From an uncultured delta proteobacterium (GTDB taxonomy: Bacteria; Desulfobacterota; Binatia; UBA9968), in NCBI GenBank assembly GCA_963728565.1, contig CAVSLC010000015.1, positions 1-64,000 of the forward strand: 64,000 nucleotides of DNA. The letters are read 5' to 3'. The position numbers and the translations under genes are program-made. Of this stretch, positions 10,540-20,600 are shown one piece after another; position 1 is the first letter of the stretch, and every line of letters starts with the position of its first letter. The notes under the pieces were generated by a model. It was not told the DNA's origin. It did not search any database and saw only the letters and a list, made by a program, of their open reading frames with translations.

Positions 10540-11577
10540 ATGGCCGGCTATAGAATCGGTATTGTGGCGAGCGCGCTGTTTGCCGGGCTGGGTGCGTTTC
10601 ATCAGTATGGCATCGCAGTATACGCTGCCGCGGCACCCCCCAAGGTTGTCATCTCGTTTGCCGGAGTGAATCCCCGACAGACTCCGCTCTGGATCGCGCA
10701 GGAACAGAAATTTTTCGCCAAGCATGGCGTTGACGCGGATGTTGTATTTATTCGCACGGGGCCGATTCAAGTAGCTGCCGTAAGCTCCGGCGCCACCCAA
10801 CTCGCCTACTCCGGCCCGGCATCGGTCCTCGGCGCAGCCGCCGGTGGAACCGATCTCCGGCTGATTGCTTCTTTCACCAACAAGCTGACTTACACAATGA
10901 TCGCCAGGCCGGAAATCAAAAGGGCCGAAGACCTGCGCGGTAAACGCTTCGGCGTCCAAGCCATCGGCGGATCTGTTTGGATGGGAGCGGTATTGGGGCT
11001 GGAACACCTGGGGCTCGAGCAGCGGCGCGATAATATCAACATCATCAACGTCGGCGATCAGACGGTGCTGGCGCAGGCGATGGAGAGCGGAACGATCGAT
11101 GTTACCGTGCTCGACGGCGTTTTCAGCCGCAGATTGAAGCAGAAAGGCTTCTCCGTCCTGGTCGAGCTTGCCGAGACGACCATTCCGTATGTCAGCAATA
11201 CGATCGTTGGAACCCGGACATTTTTTCAACAGCAGCCCGAATTGACCGAGAACATCATGAAAGGGCTGATCGAAAGTGTGGCGTTCATCATGGCGCCACG
11301 AAACAAAGCAATCGTGGTGAATACCATCATGAAGCGCCTGAAAATCAGCGATCAAGCCGTGGCCGAGGAGGGATACCAGGACCTGGTTCAGATCTCCGAC
11401 CCAAAACCGTACGTCTCCTTGGAAGGCCTGCGCAATATACAGCGGCTGATCAAAATCCAAAATCCGCCCATCGGCAACGTCAAGCTGGAGGAACTGATCG
11501 ATAACCGGCCACTGAAGAAACTCGAAGACAGCGGTTTTCTTCAAAAGACTTATGCCGCCTACGGCGTCGTACGATAG
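10540..11577 (+). CDS. ABC substrate-binding protein, NMT1/SsuA family
   Basis: Signal peptide; LWIAQEQKFFAKHGVD, DLRGKRFGV. Confidence 0.88.
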   Translation: MAGYRIGIVASALFAGLGAFHQYGIAVYAAAAPPKVVISFAGVNPRQTPLWIAQEQKFFAKHGVDADVVFIRTGPIQVAAVSSGATQLAYSGPASVLGAAAGGTDLRLIASFTNKLTYTMIARPEIKRAEDLRGKRFGVQAIGGSVWMGAVLGLEHLGLEQRRDNINIINVGDQTVLAQAMESGTIDVTVLDGVFSRRLKQKGFSVLVELAETTIPYVSNTIVGTRTFFQQQPELTENIMKGLIESVAFIMAPRNKAIVVNTIMKRLKISDQAVAEEGYQDLVQISDPKPYVSLEGLRNIQRLIKIQNPPIGNVKLEELIDNRPLKKLEDSGFLQKTYAAYGVVR

Positions 11578-12188
11578 CTAGAGAGGGAAGAATCAGCAAG
11601 GTGATTGACGGCATGATGCATCGAGAAACATTCAGTGTTTCACTGCACAGCAGCGAGAGGACGGGTTATGTCAGCCGGTGGCTCTGCATCTGCTGCTGAA
11701 CGCGGTTGCCGTTTCATTCTGAGTATCGCGTCAGCGCGGTTGTTCGCAAGCACAACCAATTTCACCTCCCAGGACAAAGATACCGACGAACTGCGATCAG
11801 CGACTAAACTGTTCTGATAATCCCATCTCCCGGCGACGTCTCTTGCACTTGGCACAGGATCCGTCGGGCGCCTTTCGGCTCAGCGCCGCGTCAATGTCCG
11901 CAGCACATTGCCAGGTTGTTTTTCTGCCTCGTGGTATTCGGCCACGCTCATGCCGCGTTCGGGGTACTCGCGCTTGAACGGCTGCTTTCCAAGAAGCGCC
12001 GTAGCGGAATCGCTCCAGCAATCTTTGCCCGACGGGGCGCTGTTTATTCACATTTTTTGCCCGCCTGAATCCATCATTTTCGTACGCTGTCGTACGGACC
12101 CACCCCATTTTGCCTGCGTTTTTGTCAGCTAATATGCCCTATCGCGGGCTTTTGCGCCTCCTCGCCGCCGGTGTCGATGCATGATTTA

Positions 12189-12204
12189 GGGGCATGGTCA
12201 TTGC
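12189..12204 (+). promoter_or_regulatory. Possible sigma-54 -24/-12 promoter upstream of rlpA-like gene
   Basis: GGCATG-GTCA-TTGC gives exact GG-N10-GC spacing. Confidence 0.3.
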
Positions 12205-12228
12205 GGAGGTAGCCTTGTGCGGTGAGCC

Positions 12229-12900
12229 ATGCACTGTTCGTTTACAAGATCGTCAATTTCGCCGGCCCATGTGTTCTGTTTTGAGTTGCGGATTAGCGCA
12301 TGGATGATAACGGCGGCGCTGTTGTCGGCCGCTCCAGGCTGCAGCACCATTTCAGATGCACCTCATCGATCGATAGCGACGAGCGCAGTGTTGCCGGCTG
12401 AGAGCCTGAGCGACAATCCTCCGGTGGACGAGCCACCGACCGACATTCCCACGCTTGAGAGTTCATCTGCAGCGATTGTTCCGCGCTCTCCCGAGACGCA
12501 GGAAGCTCCGCCACCGCCAACTCTCCCCACGCCTGCGCCAGCGGCGATTATAGGAACCGGGCTCGCCTCTTGGTATGGAGCAAAACATCACGGCAAGCGG
12601 ACCGCGAGCGGAGAAATCTTTGACCAGAATAAATTCACCGCCGCGCATCGAACTCTTCCGTGGGGCAGCATTGTAAGGGTGACTAATCTCGAGAATGGAA
12701 AAGCGGTGGAAGTGCGGATAAACGATCGCGGGCCGTTTACCAAAGGCCGGCTCATCGATCTCTCGCGCGCCGCGGCAAGAGCTGTGGGCATGTTGGAATC
12801 GGGAGTAACCCCGGTGCGAATGGAATTGCTTTCGCCTCGCGAAAACTCAAGTGATCTGGTGCGGCAAAATAGCCAATCGTCTTCAACAGAGAGTCATTAG
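12229..12900 (+). CDS. rlpA: Septal ring lytic transglycosylase RlpA family lipoprotein (DPBB domain, no SPOR)
   Basis: GLASWYG, TASGE, TAAHRTLP, VRINDRGPF, IDLS; APGC lipobox. Start uncertain. Confidence 0.9.
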   Translation: MHCSFTRSSISPAHVFCFELRISAWMITAALLSAAPGCSTISDAPHRSIATSAVLPAESLSDNPPVDEPPTDIPTLESSSAAIVPRSPETQEAPPPPTLPTPAPAAIIGTGLASWYGAKHHGKRTASGEIFDQNKFTAAHRTLPWGSIVRVTNLENGKAVEVRINDRGPFTKGRLIDLSRAAARAVGMLESGVTPVRMELLSPRENSSDLVRQNSQSSSTESH

Positions 12901-13181
12901 ATCCCGCATCTCTACACATCCTCATTCAGGCATCGCCAGGTTAGCTACGGGGGTGTTCGCAGTAATGGTTTTCCCCTACGTTTACTGCTTCTCCGCCACA
13001 GAATAGCCGCTTGAATCGGAAACGGATCGGGCGTGGGATGGTCTTGGAACAGTAACAAAAGATCGGATCGAGGAATTCTCGGCACCCAGGGATTCTGGAA
13101 TACGAGCCGTCTGCCTTTTATGTTTAATAGCTTGTCCCTCTTCTTCTCCCGTTTGCTGTGTCGGCTCGTTTCGCGGCCCGG

Positions 13182-13814
13182 TCAGTAAAGCTCGGTCTTC
13201 AGGCGCTCGGCATATTTCTCGTTATAACTTCTGGCGTAGGCAGCATCCTTGCCGTCGCGGGCGGCGGCGAAGTCGCCGTGAGTCGGCGCACCGCTCGGCC
13301 GCTCCTTCGCATCCCACAGCTTGGCCCGCACCAGAGCTTTGGGGCAGTGATTGAAGGCTTCCTCGACAGCGACGATCACGACCACGCGCGGCGGCTTGCC
13401 GCCCACCTCGAATCGCTTCAGCAACTCCGGGTCCGTGCTGATCGTCGCACTGCCAGTCACGCGGTAGGTTTCGTTCGATCCGGGGGTCATAAAAATGATA
13501 CCGACCTTCGGATTGACAAGCAGGTTCTTCATCCCGTCGATGCGGTTGTTGCCCGGCCGGTCGGGAATCAGCAGTGTACGGTCGTCGAGCAGCTGCACAA
13601 ATCCGGGCGCATCGCCTTTGGGCGAACAATCGATGCTGGTCCCGTTCGAGGTCCCGATCACCAGGAACGGCGATGCCGCGATGAAGGCGCGCCCGACCTC
13701 GGTGATGTGGTCGGTTTCCTTGGTGGCGACGTGGGGCAACGGCTTGGCATATATCTTCGCGAGATCGTCGAGTGAAGTAACGGTATAGGCATCGTTCCGG
13801 TCTATCGCGTCCAT
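13182..13814 (-). CDS. Pyridoxamine 5'-phosphate oxidase-like FMN-binding protein (MSMEG_1061 type)
   Basis: DCSPKGDAPGFV, IPDRPGNNRID, HCPKALVRAKLW. Confidence 0.9.
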   Translation of the reverse strand: MDAIDRNDAYTVTSLDDLAKIYAKPLPHVATKETDHITEVGRAFIAASPFLVIGTSNGTSIDCSPKGDAPGFVQLLDDRTLLIPDRPGNNRIDGMKNLLVNPKVGIIFMTPGSNETYRVTGSATISTDPELLKRFEVGGKPPRVVVIVAVEEAFNHCPKALVRAKLWDAKERPSGAPTHGDFAAARDGKDAAYARSYNEKYAERLKTELY

Positions 13815-14057
13815 GTCATATTCCTCCCCGCTCGGTGACGGTAGCAGTAGTCTTCGTTGAATTCTGCAATATCGATTGCTAACTGAGTCTTGTCAACATT
13901 GCAATTTGCCGCCCAGGCCGAACGGGGCAGCGAATCATATCCCCAAGGAACGGCCGCTTATTTCGACGTAATGAGTTTACTTCGGCGAAACGTAGCTGAA
14001 CTCTTTTCTTCGCACTTATTTAGTCCCTCGCAACGCGCTGCACGCTACTCGACCGTG

Positions 14058-14546
14058 TTAATCAATGCTGACTCTTCGCCCAAAGAAAGTATCAGAAGCG
14101 ACGGCCGGAGTATTCGAATCAAGGGGATCGTCATTGGGATTGAAAGCGCGCAACTCGAAGCTTCCTTCCATTTCGTCACACCTTTCAGCGAACCTCATGA
14201 CAATATCGAGTCTGGCGATCTGCGACGGTGGAACACCACCGTTCACGGGAGTCTCTTTGAAATTGAAGTCCAGGCCCCTCGCCCTGGCGTCCCGAGCGCC
14301 GCTTTTCTTCCACACACCTTGTATGTGGCTGAAGCCAAACGCCCTTTCGGCGGAGCTCGTAATCTGAAACCCACCGTCTTGTGACAGCGTCCAGAGACTT
14401 TGCGTGCCACTGCCTTCAACAACAAGATAAGTGCCGGGGAAACAGCCGCCCTGTGATCCAGTATCGCGCGAGCTAGCGCTGGTCGAACTCGATAAAAAAG
14501 CCGCGCTCGACAATATAAATGCCAGGATTACAAGTCGGTATTTCAT
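14058..14546 (-). CDS. Exported hypothetical beta-rich protein
   Basis: AAGGAG RBS, signal peptide MKYRLVILAF..., GTY and GVW motifs. Confidence 0.6.
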   Translation of the reverse strand: MKYRLVILAFILSSAAFLSSSTSASSRDTGSQGGCFPGTYLVVEGSGTQSLWTLSQDGGFQITSSAERAFGFSHIQGVWKKSGARDARARGLDFNFKETPVNGGVPPSQIARLDIVMRFAERCDEMEGSFELRAFNPNDDPLDSNTPAVASDTFFGRRVSID

Positions 14547-14797
14547 GGCGCGCTCCTTGTTGCGGTTATCGTGCAGACTTCTCGGAACACCGGCTTCTAG
14601 CATAGGATGCGCCGTCAAACAAATCCGTAACGTCGGTTGAGTCAAATACCGCTGGATTCATCCATGAAGCTCTACGCGAGATCGGCGGCCAGTAACAATG
14701 CTTCTTTAACTGAAGACTATTCCCACCAGGGCGACCCGAGACGGTGAACTCGTTGTAGTCGTGGATTGAGTATGGTCGAGAGCGGTTTGTTTTTCTG

Positions 14798-15037
14798 TTA
14801 GTTCTTCTGCGCTAATCGAAGGTCCGCGATGATGGGCAGTTCGAACAGATCGCTACGAAGGAGACGAGTTGAAAAAAACAGTACTTCGAGATTTTCGATT
14901 TCTCCCGTTTTCGGATTGAGCCTGGCGATAACCTCGTCCCCGAGTTCTTCGGACTCCTGTTCGGCATAGGGCGGCATCTTGTTGATGTAGAGAATGTCTC
15001 CTTGGCGGTCGTATTTAAACGTTAACTTCGCTTCCAT
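14798..15037 (-). CDS. DUF2283 family protein (putative antitoxin)
   Basis: FKYDRQGDILYI...LNPKTGEIENLEVL; overlaps the end of the upstream toxin-like pseudogene. Confidence 0.8.
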   Translation of the reverse strand: MEAKLTFKYDRQGDILYINKMPPYAEQESEELGDEVIARLNPKTGEIENLEVLFFSTRLLRSDLFELPIIADLRLAQKN

Positions 15038-15346
15038 TCCCCGTCTCCTTCTGGAATTCTCCTGGTAACATAAGCCGTGACAACCCAATCTCGACTCTTA
15101 GGGAGAGCCTCGCTAACGACAACAACGACCAAATGCTTCCCTTTCACGAGATCATCATATCACTTTGAAAACAGACGCGCATTCGCAAAACGCCGGCTTC
15201 GCCGGACCTGATCTGGATCATGCAAAGTATCGCCGATCTGATCCTCATGCTCCGGGAGTAGCTCAGGGTGCGTTTCAGCGATGTGGCTCTCCCGTTCGTC
15301 TGAGAGCTCGACTTCACCGCCGAGATAGGGACACGGAAATGTTCAT
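15022..15346 (-). pseudogene. Inactivated RelE/BECR-fold-like toxin partner of DUF2283
   Basis: FPCPYLGGEVELSDERESHIAETHPE...LHDPDQVRRS...FSK*YDD..KHLVVVVV...WVVTAY. In-frame TGA at 15160-15162 and ATG out of frame. Confidence 0.65.
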
Positions 15347-15350
15347 CGGC

Positions 15351-15437
15351 TTACAAAACTAACAAACCGCGAACCATCGAAGGCACATTAGCAATCGCGG
15401 TGAAGTAATGCAGTTCTGTGATATCCGCACGTTTCAT
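15351..15437 (-). pseudogene. N-terminal stub resembling DarT (DUF4433) ssDNA ADP-ribosyltransferase
   Basis: MKRADITELHYFTAIANVPSM resembles the DarT start motif LYH(I/F)TxIxNLPSI; only 28 codons remain. Confidence 0.4.
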
Positions 15438-15440
15438 TCG

Positions 15441-15692
15441 TCACTCAGCTTCCGCTTCTCGCACCGTACGGTATGTGATGTCTTAATTAATGATGGAGTC
15501 CAACTCCTCGTCCGTACGCTCGTATTGCCCGGCCAAGAGGCCCGTCGATTCATCTACTATAGCTTTGCGTCGTTTGGAATCGACTGAATCAATCAGCAGC
15601 CCGATCTTTCGCGATGACTCGTGTAGGACGAAAACATCTCGTCAACTTCACTGATAATGCTTTTCAGTTTGCCTTTGTTTCGCTCTGAGGAG
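15441..15692 (-). pseudogene. C-terminal remnant of type IIG/Eco57I-like restriction-modification enzyme
   Basis: KAIVDE...LLAGQYERTDEELDSIIN*DITYR matches the KxIIDEIDxxLAxHYGxTDEELDFIINYDIKYR tail of such enzymes; cut off by the RAYT element at 15693. Confidence 0.55.
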
Positions 15693-16075
15693 ATGTAACG
15701 GGGACAGACTACTTTTTTATCTACTTCCTCATTTCGCTTAGAGCGGGTCGGCCCCGTAGAGCCATCGTACTCTCTGATTGCATGAATCGGCTCAGAGACT
15801 AATGTGCGAAGCTTCAATCACAAAGTGAAAGTGATTCGGCATTAGAGAAAGCAAGCATCTTAACTGGGTGCCGCGTTTTTGCTAGCGCGAGCATGGAAAG
15901 AAAGGCTTGGTAATCTTGAGCGTGATGGAAGATAGTTGCGCGACCGTTCCCTCGGTTAATTACATGATAAACAAAACCAGCCTGTTGCGCATGCGGGATT
16001 GTCGGCATGGCAGGCCTTTATTATATAGGCGAACGTGATCACAACGATGAAAATAGCCTGTCACCTTTAATCCCC
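15693..16075 (-). mobile_element. RAYT family-1 element, internally deleted (copy A), with both TIRs
   Basis: Left end GGGGACAGACTACTTT, right end AAATAGCCTGTCACCTTTAA; encodes MP...YHVINRGNGRATIF. Confidence 0.8.
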
Positions 16076-16255
16076 GTCACTCTCGGTTTTAGTGCCATGG
16101 TGCCGCGCGATCTCATTCACCAGCTATAATGGAATATGAAAGACCGCTTGACTCCCTCCTTCTTCAGCAAGCGACACGGAAGGTTCTCGCCAGTCGTACT
16201 CTGAGCAATTTCAACTGCTCCCAGATAACCTAAGCTCTAGATATCTGCCCGGCGA

Positions 16256-17308
16256 TTAATCGCCAAGCAGAATCGCCTTCATTTTGGCCACCAGAGCCGG
16301 CTCCAGATGGAAAAGGCTGTCGATGGCTCTTCCCGCATCCTCACCGGTGGTAGGATCTATCTCGAGATTGGATTTTTTTGCCTCAGCCAAAAAGTCTGCG
16401 TCTTTCATGGTCTCCATGAAAGATCTTTGCAGTACTCTTACCCGATCTTTCGGCGTGCCTGGCGGGAGTGCATACAAGCGCGTTATCGGCGCTGTTGTCT
16501 GAACGCTGGCTGTGATTAATTTGCGTGCTTCGTCACTTTGAACCAGGTTGAGCGCGAGAGGAACTTTTGGCAGATCAGGAAGAGGCTCGTTAGTCAGTTG
16601 AACGACGATGTTCACGGTGCCTGCCTGTAAGCCGGCCCGCCAGGTAGGCTTGATCGACTCCCACTGCCAGCAACCGCCGGCCAATTCTCCACTCTCGGCG
16701 GCAAGCCGGATGGGTGCGGTGCCCGAATATCCCGAAACCAGTTGAATAGGCAGGCCAACAACGTGCTTAAGAACCAACGCGGTATTGTCGGTTATGATCA
16801 ATCTTCCAGTGCCGCCTAATTTAACCGGAGTCTTGGAGGCTTTCCACGCTTCTATCGTAGTGATTCCACTTGCCTTGGTCAGCGCACAAACGATGTTGTC
16901 CTTGACCGGAACACCGAGCCACTCGAATTTCTGAAAGTCAAAGTCAACGCCAGGCTGGTTCAACAACCGTCCTAAGGCGATGTCGGCGATGAAGGTCCCA
17001 ATCGTCAGCCCATCCGGCTTGGCTTGAAAAACATTCTTGGCCGCCACCAGAGTCGCGGCGCCGGGCTGGTTTTCAATGATGATTTGCGGGTTGCCGGGAA
17101 TATATTTGCCCCAGTGACGCGCGATTGCCCGCGCGTATACATCAAAACCGCCGCCGGGTGCAGTTCCTACGACTACTCTTACAATCTTGCCTTGATAGAA
17201 AGGACTCTGTTCCGCTGCCAGTCCAAGTTCAGGTAACGCCAAGCCGCTAACAGCTGCGACAAGGAAAATAAACAGCATCGTATAACGGACGTGACATTCA
17301 AGAGTCAT
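16256..17308 (-). CDS. TTT substrate-binding protein (TctC/Bug)
   Basis: GTAPGGGFD, ENQPGA, PDGLTIG, ESGELAG. Confidence 0.9.
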   Translation of the reverse strand: MTLECHVRYTMLFIFLVAAVSGLALPELGLAAEQSPFYQGKIVRVVVGTAPGGGFDVYARAIARHWGKYIPGNPQIIIENQPGAATLVAAKNVFQAKPDGLTIGTFIADIALGRLLNQPGVDFDFQKFEWLGVPVKDNIVCALTKASGITTIEAWKASKTPVKLGGTGRLIITDNTALVLKHVVGLPIQLVSGYSGTAPIRLAAESGELAGGCWQWESIKPTWRAGLQAGTVNIVVQLTNEPLPDLPKVPLALNLVQSDEARKLITASVQTTAPITRLYALPPGTPKDRVRVLQRSFMETMKDADFLAEAKKSNLEIDPTTGEDAGRAIDSLFHLEPALVAKMKAILLGD

Positions 17309-17490
17309 CAGCTGACCTCCGCGGCAGTGCCCCATCAAACGGATTGTAAAAACTCTCCGGGCAGTGTGGGAAGAGATCTCAAAGGGAACCACGGGAATCG
17401 CTCCCTGAGAGCTTCGGCCCAGACGCAAACGGTTGATCCTGTCTCTTGATTCTGAACTGTTGGCGCGCTTAATACGTCGCAGCGAGTCGT

Positions 17491-17829
17491 TCAGACAGGC
17501 CATCCATGTTCAGAGATATCCACCCGATTGCCTTCGGGGTCCTGTATCCAGCTCTCCGCAATGGCCCCGTAGACGTTTGAGTTCGCGGTGGTACCGACAA
17601 ACTCTTCGACGGCTTTGACGCTGGTCACTACAAAACCAAAGTGATGGATGCCCCAGGGAAGGTTCGGCGCATTGATCAGGGCAACGTCAACGAAGCCATC
17701 GGATAGATAAATCGTGCCATTCGGACCACGTTCCTTTTCTTCCAGCTTGAACACATCCTTGTAGTACTCGGCAGCTTTTTCGCGATCTTCAACGTTGATA
17801 GCGATATGGCGAATTCGTGGTCTATCCAT
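17491..17829 (-). CDS. VOC (glyoxalase/bleomycin resistance) family protein
   Basis: IRHIAI, GIHHFGF, DPEGNRVDIS. Confidence 0.9.
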   Translation of the reverse strand: MDRPRIRHIAINVEDREKAAEYYKDVFKLEEKERGPNGTIYLSDGFVDVALINAPNLPWGIHHFGFVVTSVKAVEEFVGTTANSNVYGAIAESWIQDPEGNRVDISEHGWPV

Positions 17830-17946
17830 AATCAATCTCCTTCGACAGCTTGCAACAAATAAGCGCAGACTGACATGTCTTTGGTGTTTCCTTCATCGAA
17901 GCGATTTGAACGGCCTGAACTTTTTGAACGAAAGTATTTTCCGCCC

Positions 17947-18636
17947 TTACCTCAAGCTATAACCCATCTCGTAATGGATGTAGATGCCGTCAAAAAAGAA
18001 CCATCGCATCCGTGCGCTTTCGCGCGCGTAAGTGACCGCCATCTCCTGCAACTCGGGTGTAATCGCGTACTCGTCCAGTATGTCGAAACCTTTTCCACCG
18101 TGCTCTGTATCGGCTACCGCATGCAGCCAAAAGTGTTCTATGTCCTCCTCCTTCATCCGATAGATCTCGCGCAAGGCGGGAAGCACTTTGCTATAAAGAG
18201 GCGGCGATTGGGATTCGGTGCCAACGTTGGTCGCCGCTACGCTGGCAATGAAGGACTCCTCTTTGCACACGCGGTTGAAAAACGTCACCCATGCTTCCGT
18301 GGTCGGAAGGCCTCGGCTTCGCTTGACCTGCTCGACGTCGGCTCCATTAGCGGCCGCAAATCTCAGAATGATATCGAGATGAGGACGCGCCGGATCGCTT
18401 TCCTCAAGATAATTTTCCAACAACAACCGTTGCACAGCCAACGGTGTATTCGCGGCTTTGAAGAGCTCGCCGCGGTAAATGTTGCTGATCCAGTGATATT
18501 GCTCGATGCCCCATCCCATTAATGCGTTGCGGCTGAGCTTTCCCGCAGCCCACTTTTCAGTCAACGGATGATTAACGCAATGGCGCTCCATCACGGCTGC
18601 CTCGAGTCGTTCGCGCAGAGCACTTTTGGTTGTCAT
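17947..18636 (-). CDS. Heme-oxygenase-like diiron oxidase (TenA/PqqC/CADD superfamily)
   Basis: NYLEE..xxPH, E-SQ and HAVADTEH give the CADD-type E/H/E/H/D/H ligand set. Confidence 0.8.
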   Translation of the reverse strand: MTTKSALRERLEAAVMERHCVNHPLTEKWAAGKLSRNALMGWGIEQYHWISNIYRGELFKAANTPLAVQRLLLENYLEESDPARPHLDIILRFAAANGADVEQVKRSRGLPTTEAWVTFFNRVCKEESFIASVAATNVGTESQSPPLYSKVLPALREIYRMKEEDIEHFWLHAVADTEHGGKGFDILDEYAITPELQEMAVTYARESARMRWFFFDGIYIHYEMGYSLR

Positions 18637-18684
18637 GTTTAAGTCTCCATGTTTTAGATTTGCGACTAATTCAAAGTCGGATGA

Positions 18685-19710
18685 TCACTTGAGAACGTCT
18701 TTAAGCTTGGCCACGAGAGCCGGCTCCAGCTTAAAGATTCCGTCGACTAATTTCTCCAGCTCCTCTCCCGATACTGGATCGATTTCCAAGGTCGATTTTT
18801 TTGCTTCCGCGATAAAACTCGGGTCATTCAGGGTTTCGAGAAACGCCTTACGCAAAAGCTGGACTCGTTCTTTGGGAGTTGCCGGCGGCAAAAGGTAGGG
18901 GCGTGTCATGGCGGCAGGATCATGGAGTCCCGCGCGAATCAGCTGGCGCGCCTCCTCGCTCTTGGCTTCGTCTATGGCGTTTGGAACCTGAGCCAGCTCC
19001 GGATGGCGTTTGGGATTCGTTTGGATGACTATCACCACCTCGCCTGCATCGAGGCCTTTGCGCCACGTAGTCTTGATCGATTCCCACTGAAAGCAAGCGC
19101 CCGCCAGCTCTCCGCTTTCCGCGGCAAGTCGCATATCGGCGGTGCCTTTGTAGCCCATTACGAGTTGAATGGGCAGGCTCAAAGCTTCCTTCAAAATTTT
19201 GGCATTGGTCGTGGTGGTATCTCCCGGGCCGCCCCCGCCCAATTTGACCGGTGTCTTGGAGGCCCTCCACTGCTCGAGACTGGTAATGCCACTCGCTTTG
19301 GTCAACGCACAGGCGCCGTTGTCCTTAACCGGAACTCCAATCCATTCGAAGCGACGGGCGTCAAACTCGATACCGGGACTGCCAAGAACCTGATTAAGAA
19401 TTTGGTTGCCGTGAATGTTCCCGATTGTGAGCCCGTCGGGTTTGGCAACTTTGAAGAGATGATTGGCGGCAACCAGGCTTGCCGCTCCCGTCATGTTCTC
19501 AACGACGACGCTCGGATTACCCGGGATGTGTTTACTCAGGTGACGCGCAATCGCGCGCGAATAGATATCGAAACCACCTCCCGCGGCAAAGCCGACGATT
19601 AATCGGACAGTTTTGTTCTTAAAGAAGTCGTCGCTTGCCGAGATCACAGTACCCGGCATCAGAGTAAGGCTAAAAAGGAACGAACAAAGAACGGCAAAAT
19701 TTCTCTTCAC
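18685..19710 (-). CDS. TTT substrate-binding protein (TctC/Bug)
   Basis: GFAAGGGFD, ENMTGA, PDGLTIG; close paralog of 16256-17308. Confidence 0.9.
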   Translation of the reverse strand: MKRNFAVLCSFLFSLTLMPGTVISASDDFFKNKTVRLIVGFAAGGGFDIYSRAIARHLSKHIPGNPSVVVENMTGAASLVAANHLFKVAKPDGLTIGNIHGNQILNQVLGSPGIEFDARRFEWIGVPVKDNGACALTKASGITSLEQWRASKTPVKLGGGGPGDTTTTNAKILKEALSLPIQLVMGYKGTADMRLAAESGELAGACFQWESIKTTWRKGLDAGEVVIVIQTNPKRHPELAQVPNAIDEAKSEEARQLIRAGLHDPAAMTRPYLLPPATPKERVQLLRKAFLETLNDPSFIAEAKKSTLEIDPVSGEELEKLVDGIFKLEPALVAKLKDVLK

Positions 19711-20037
19711 CGCGATTTCGCTTTCTTGAGCAGAGGCATTCGCAGTTGTACGTCCACTCGGTTGCGATAGGACTCCACTTGATGACAACACTTCGTCCGA
19801 CACAAGCTAATCAAGACGCCTTTCGCTGTCAATCAAAAATTGTCAGCTGTGTTGTAGCAAAGCGATTATGTCAGATGACCGGCTAACAATCTGAGATCAA
19901 GAAAAAACCGCTAACGATAATCGAGAGAGTCTATCCAAGAGAGACTCTGCTGCGCCATTGAACGTGGCGGGGTTTGTTCTCTAAGATATTTTCGAGTGAA
20001 CCGTTAGGGCAACCTCTTGGGGTCTACCATTGGAATT

Positions 20038-20202
20038 GCGAGCCGCGGCAAGGGCTCTGGCATGGTGGAATCGGGAGTAAGCCTGATGCGAATGGAAATT
20101 GCTTCGCCTCACGAAATGTCAGATGAGCTGGTCTTACGAAACAGCCAATCCTGCTCGGGCCACAGACAGCATTAGAACCCCCCCACACACACACATTTTC
20201 AG
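20038..20202 (+). pseudogene. Degenerate duplicate of the rlpA 3' end and downstream DNA
   Basis: GCCGCGGCAAGGGCTCTGGCATGGTGGAATCGGGAGTAA...CGAATGGAA...AGCCAATC...CATTAGA aligns with 12769-12930. Confidence 0.75.
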
Positions 20203-20600
20203 CCCTTGCGGTCGTTCAGACGTCGCTAAGCCCAAGTTACTGTAGAGGCTTCATAACCGCGTAGGTTTTTGTCTCTCAGTAACTAATGCCTATTTTGAAA
20301 TTTTTTATGAGGAATCGAGATGTTAGACAGTCTGAGGCACATGACGGCCCGGGAGTTTACCACGTCAGCTATGGACTCAGCGAAGACCTGTCGCTATCAG
20401 TTCCTTGTGGGTTTTTCATCTTGAAAATGCGTCGTTTTTACAAAAGTTGCCCACCAGCGAAAAGACTCTCCGTCTTCTATCCATGTGCCAACGAGAAGGG
20501 CTTCTTGATTGGAGATCATAATTTTACAGTTGGCCGTCCCTTGTATGTGCGTATTGCCGTTAATGGCTGTGAACCCACCGCGGAACTCATTCCCTGCGGG

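Noticed and set aside
11600-12180. Short ORFs between the SBP and rlpA
   Set aside because: No recognisable family; possibly a decayed gene, but unsupported.
15160-15162. In-frame TGA as selenocysteine or recoded Trp
   Set aside because: No SECIS is evident, TGA is used as a normal stop throughout the window, and the gene has a second lesion.
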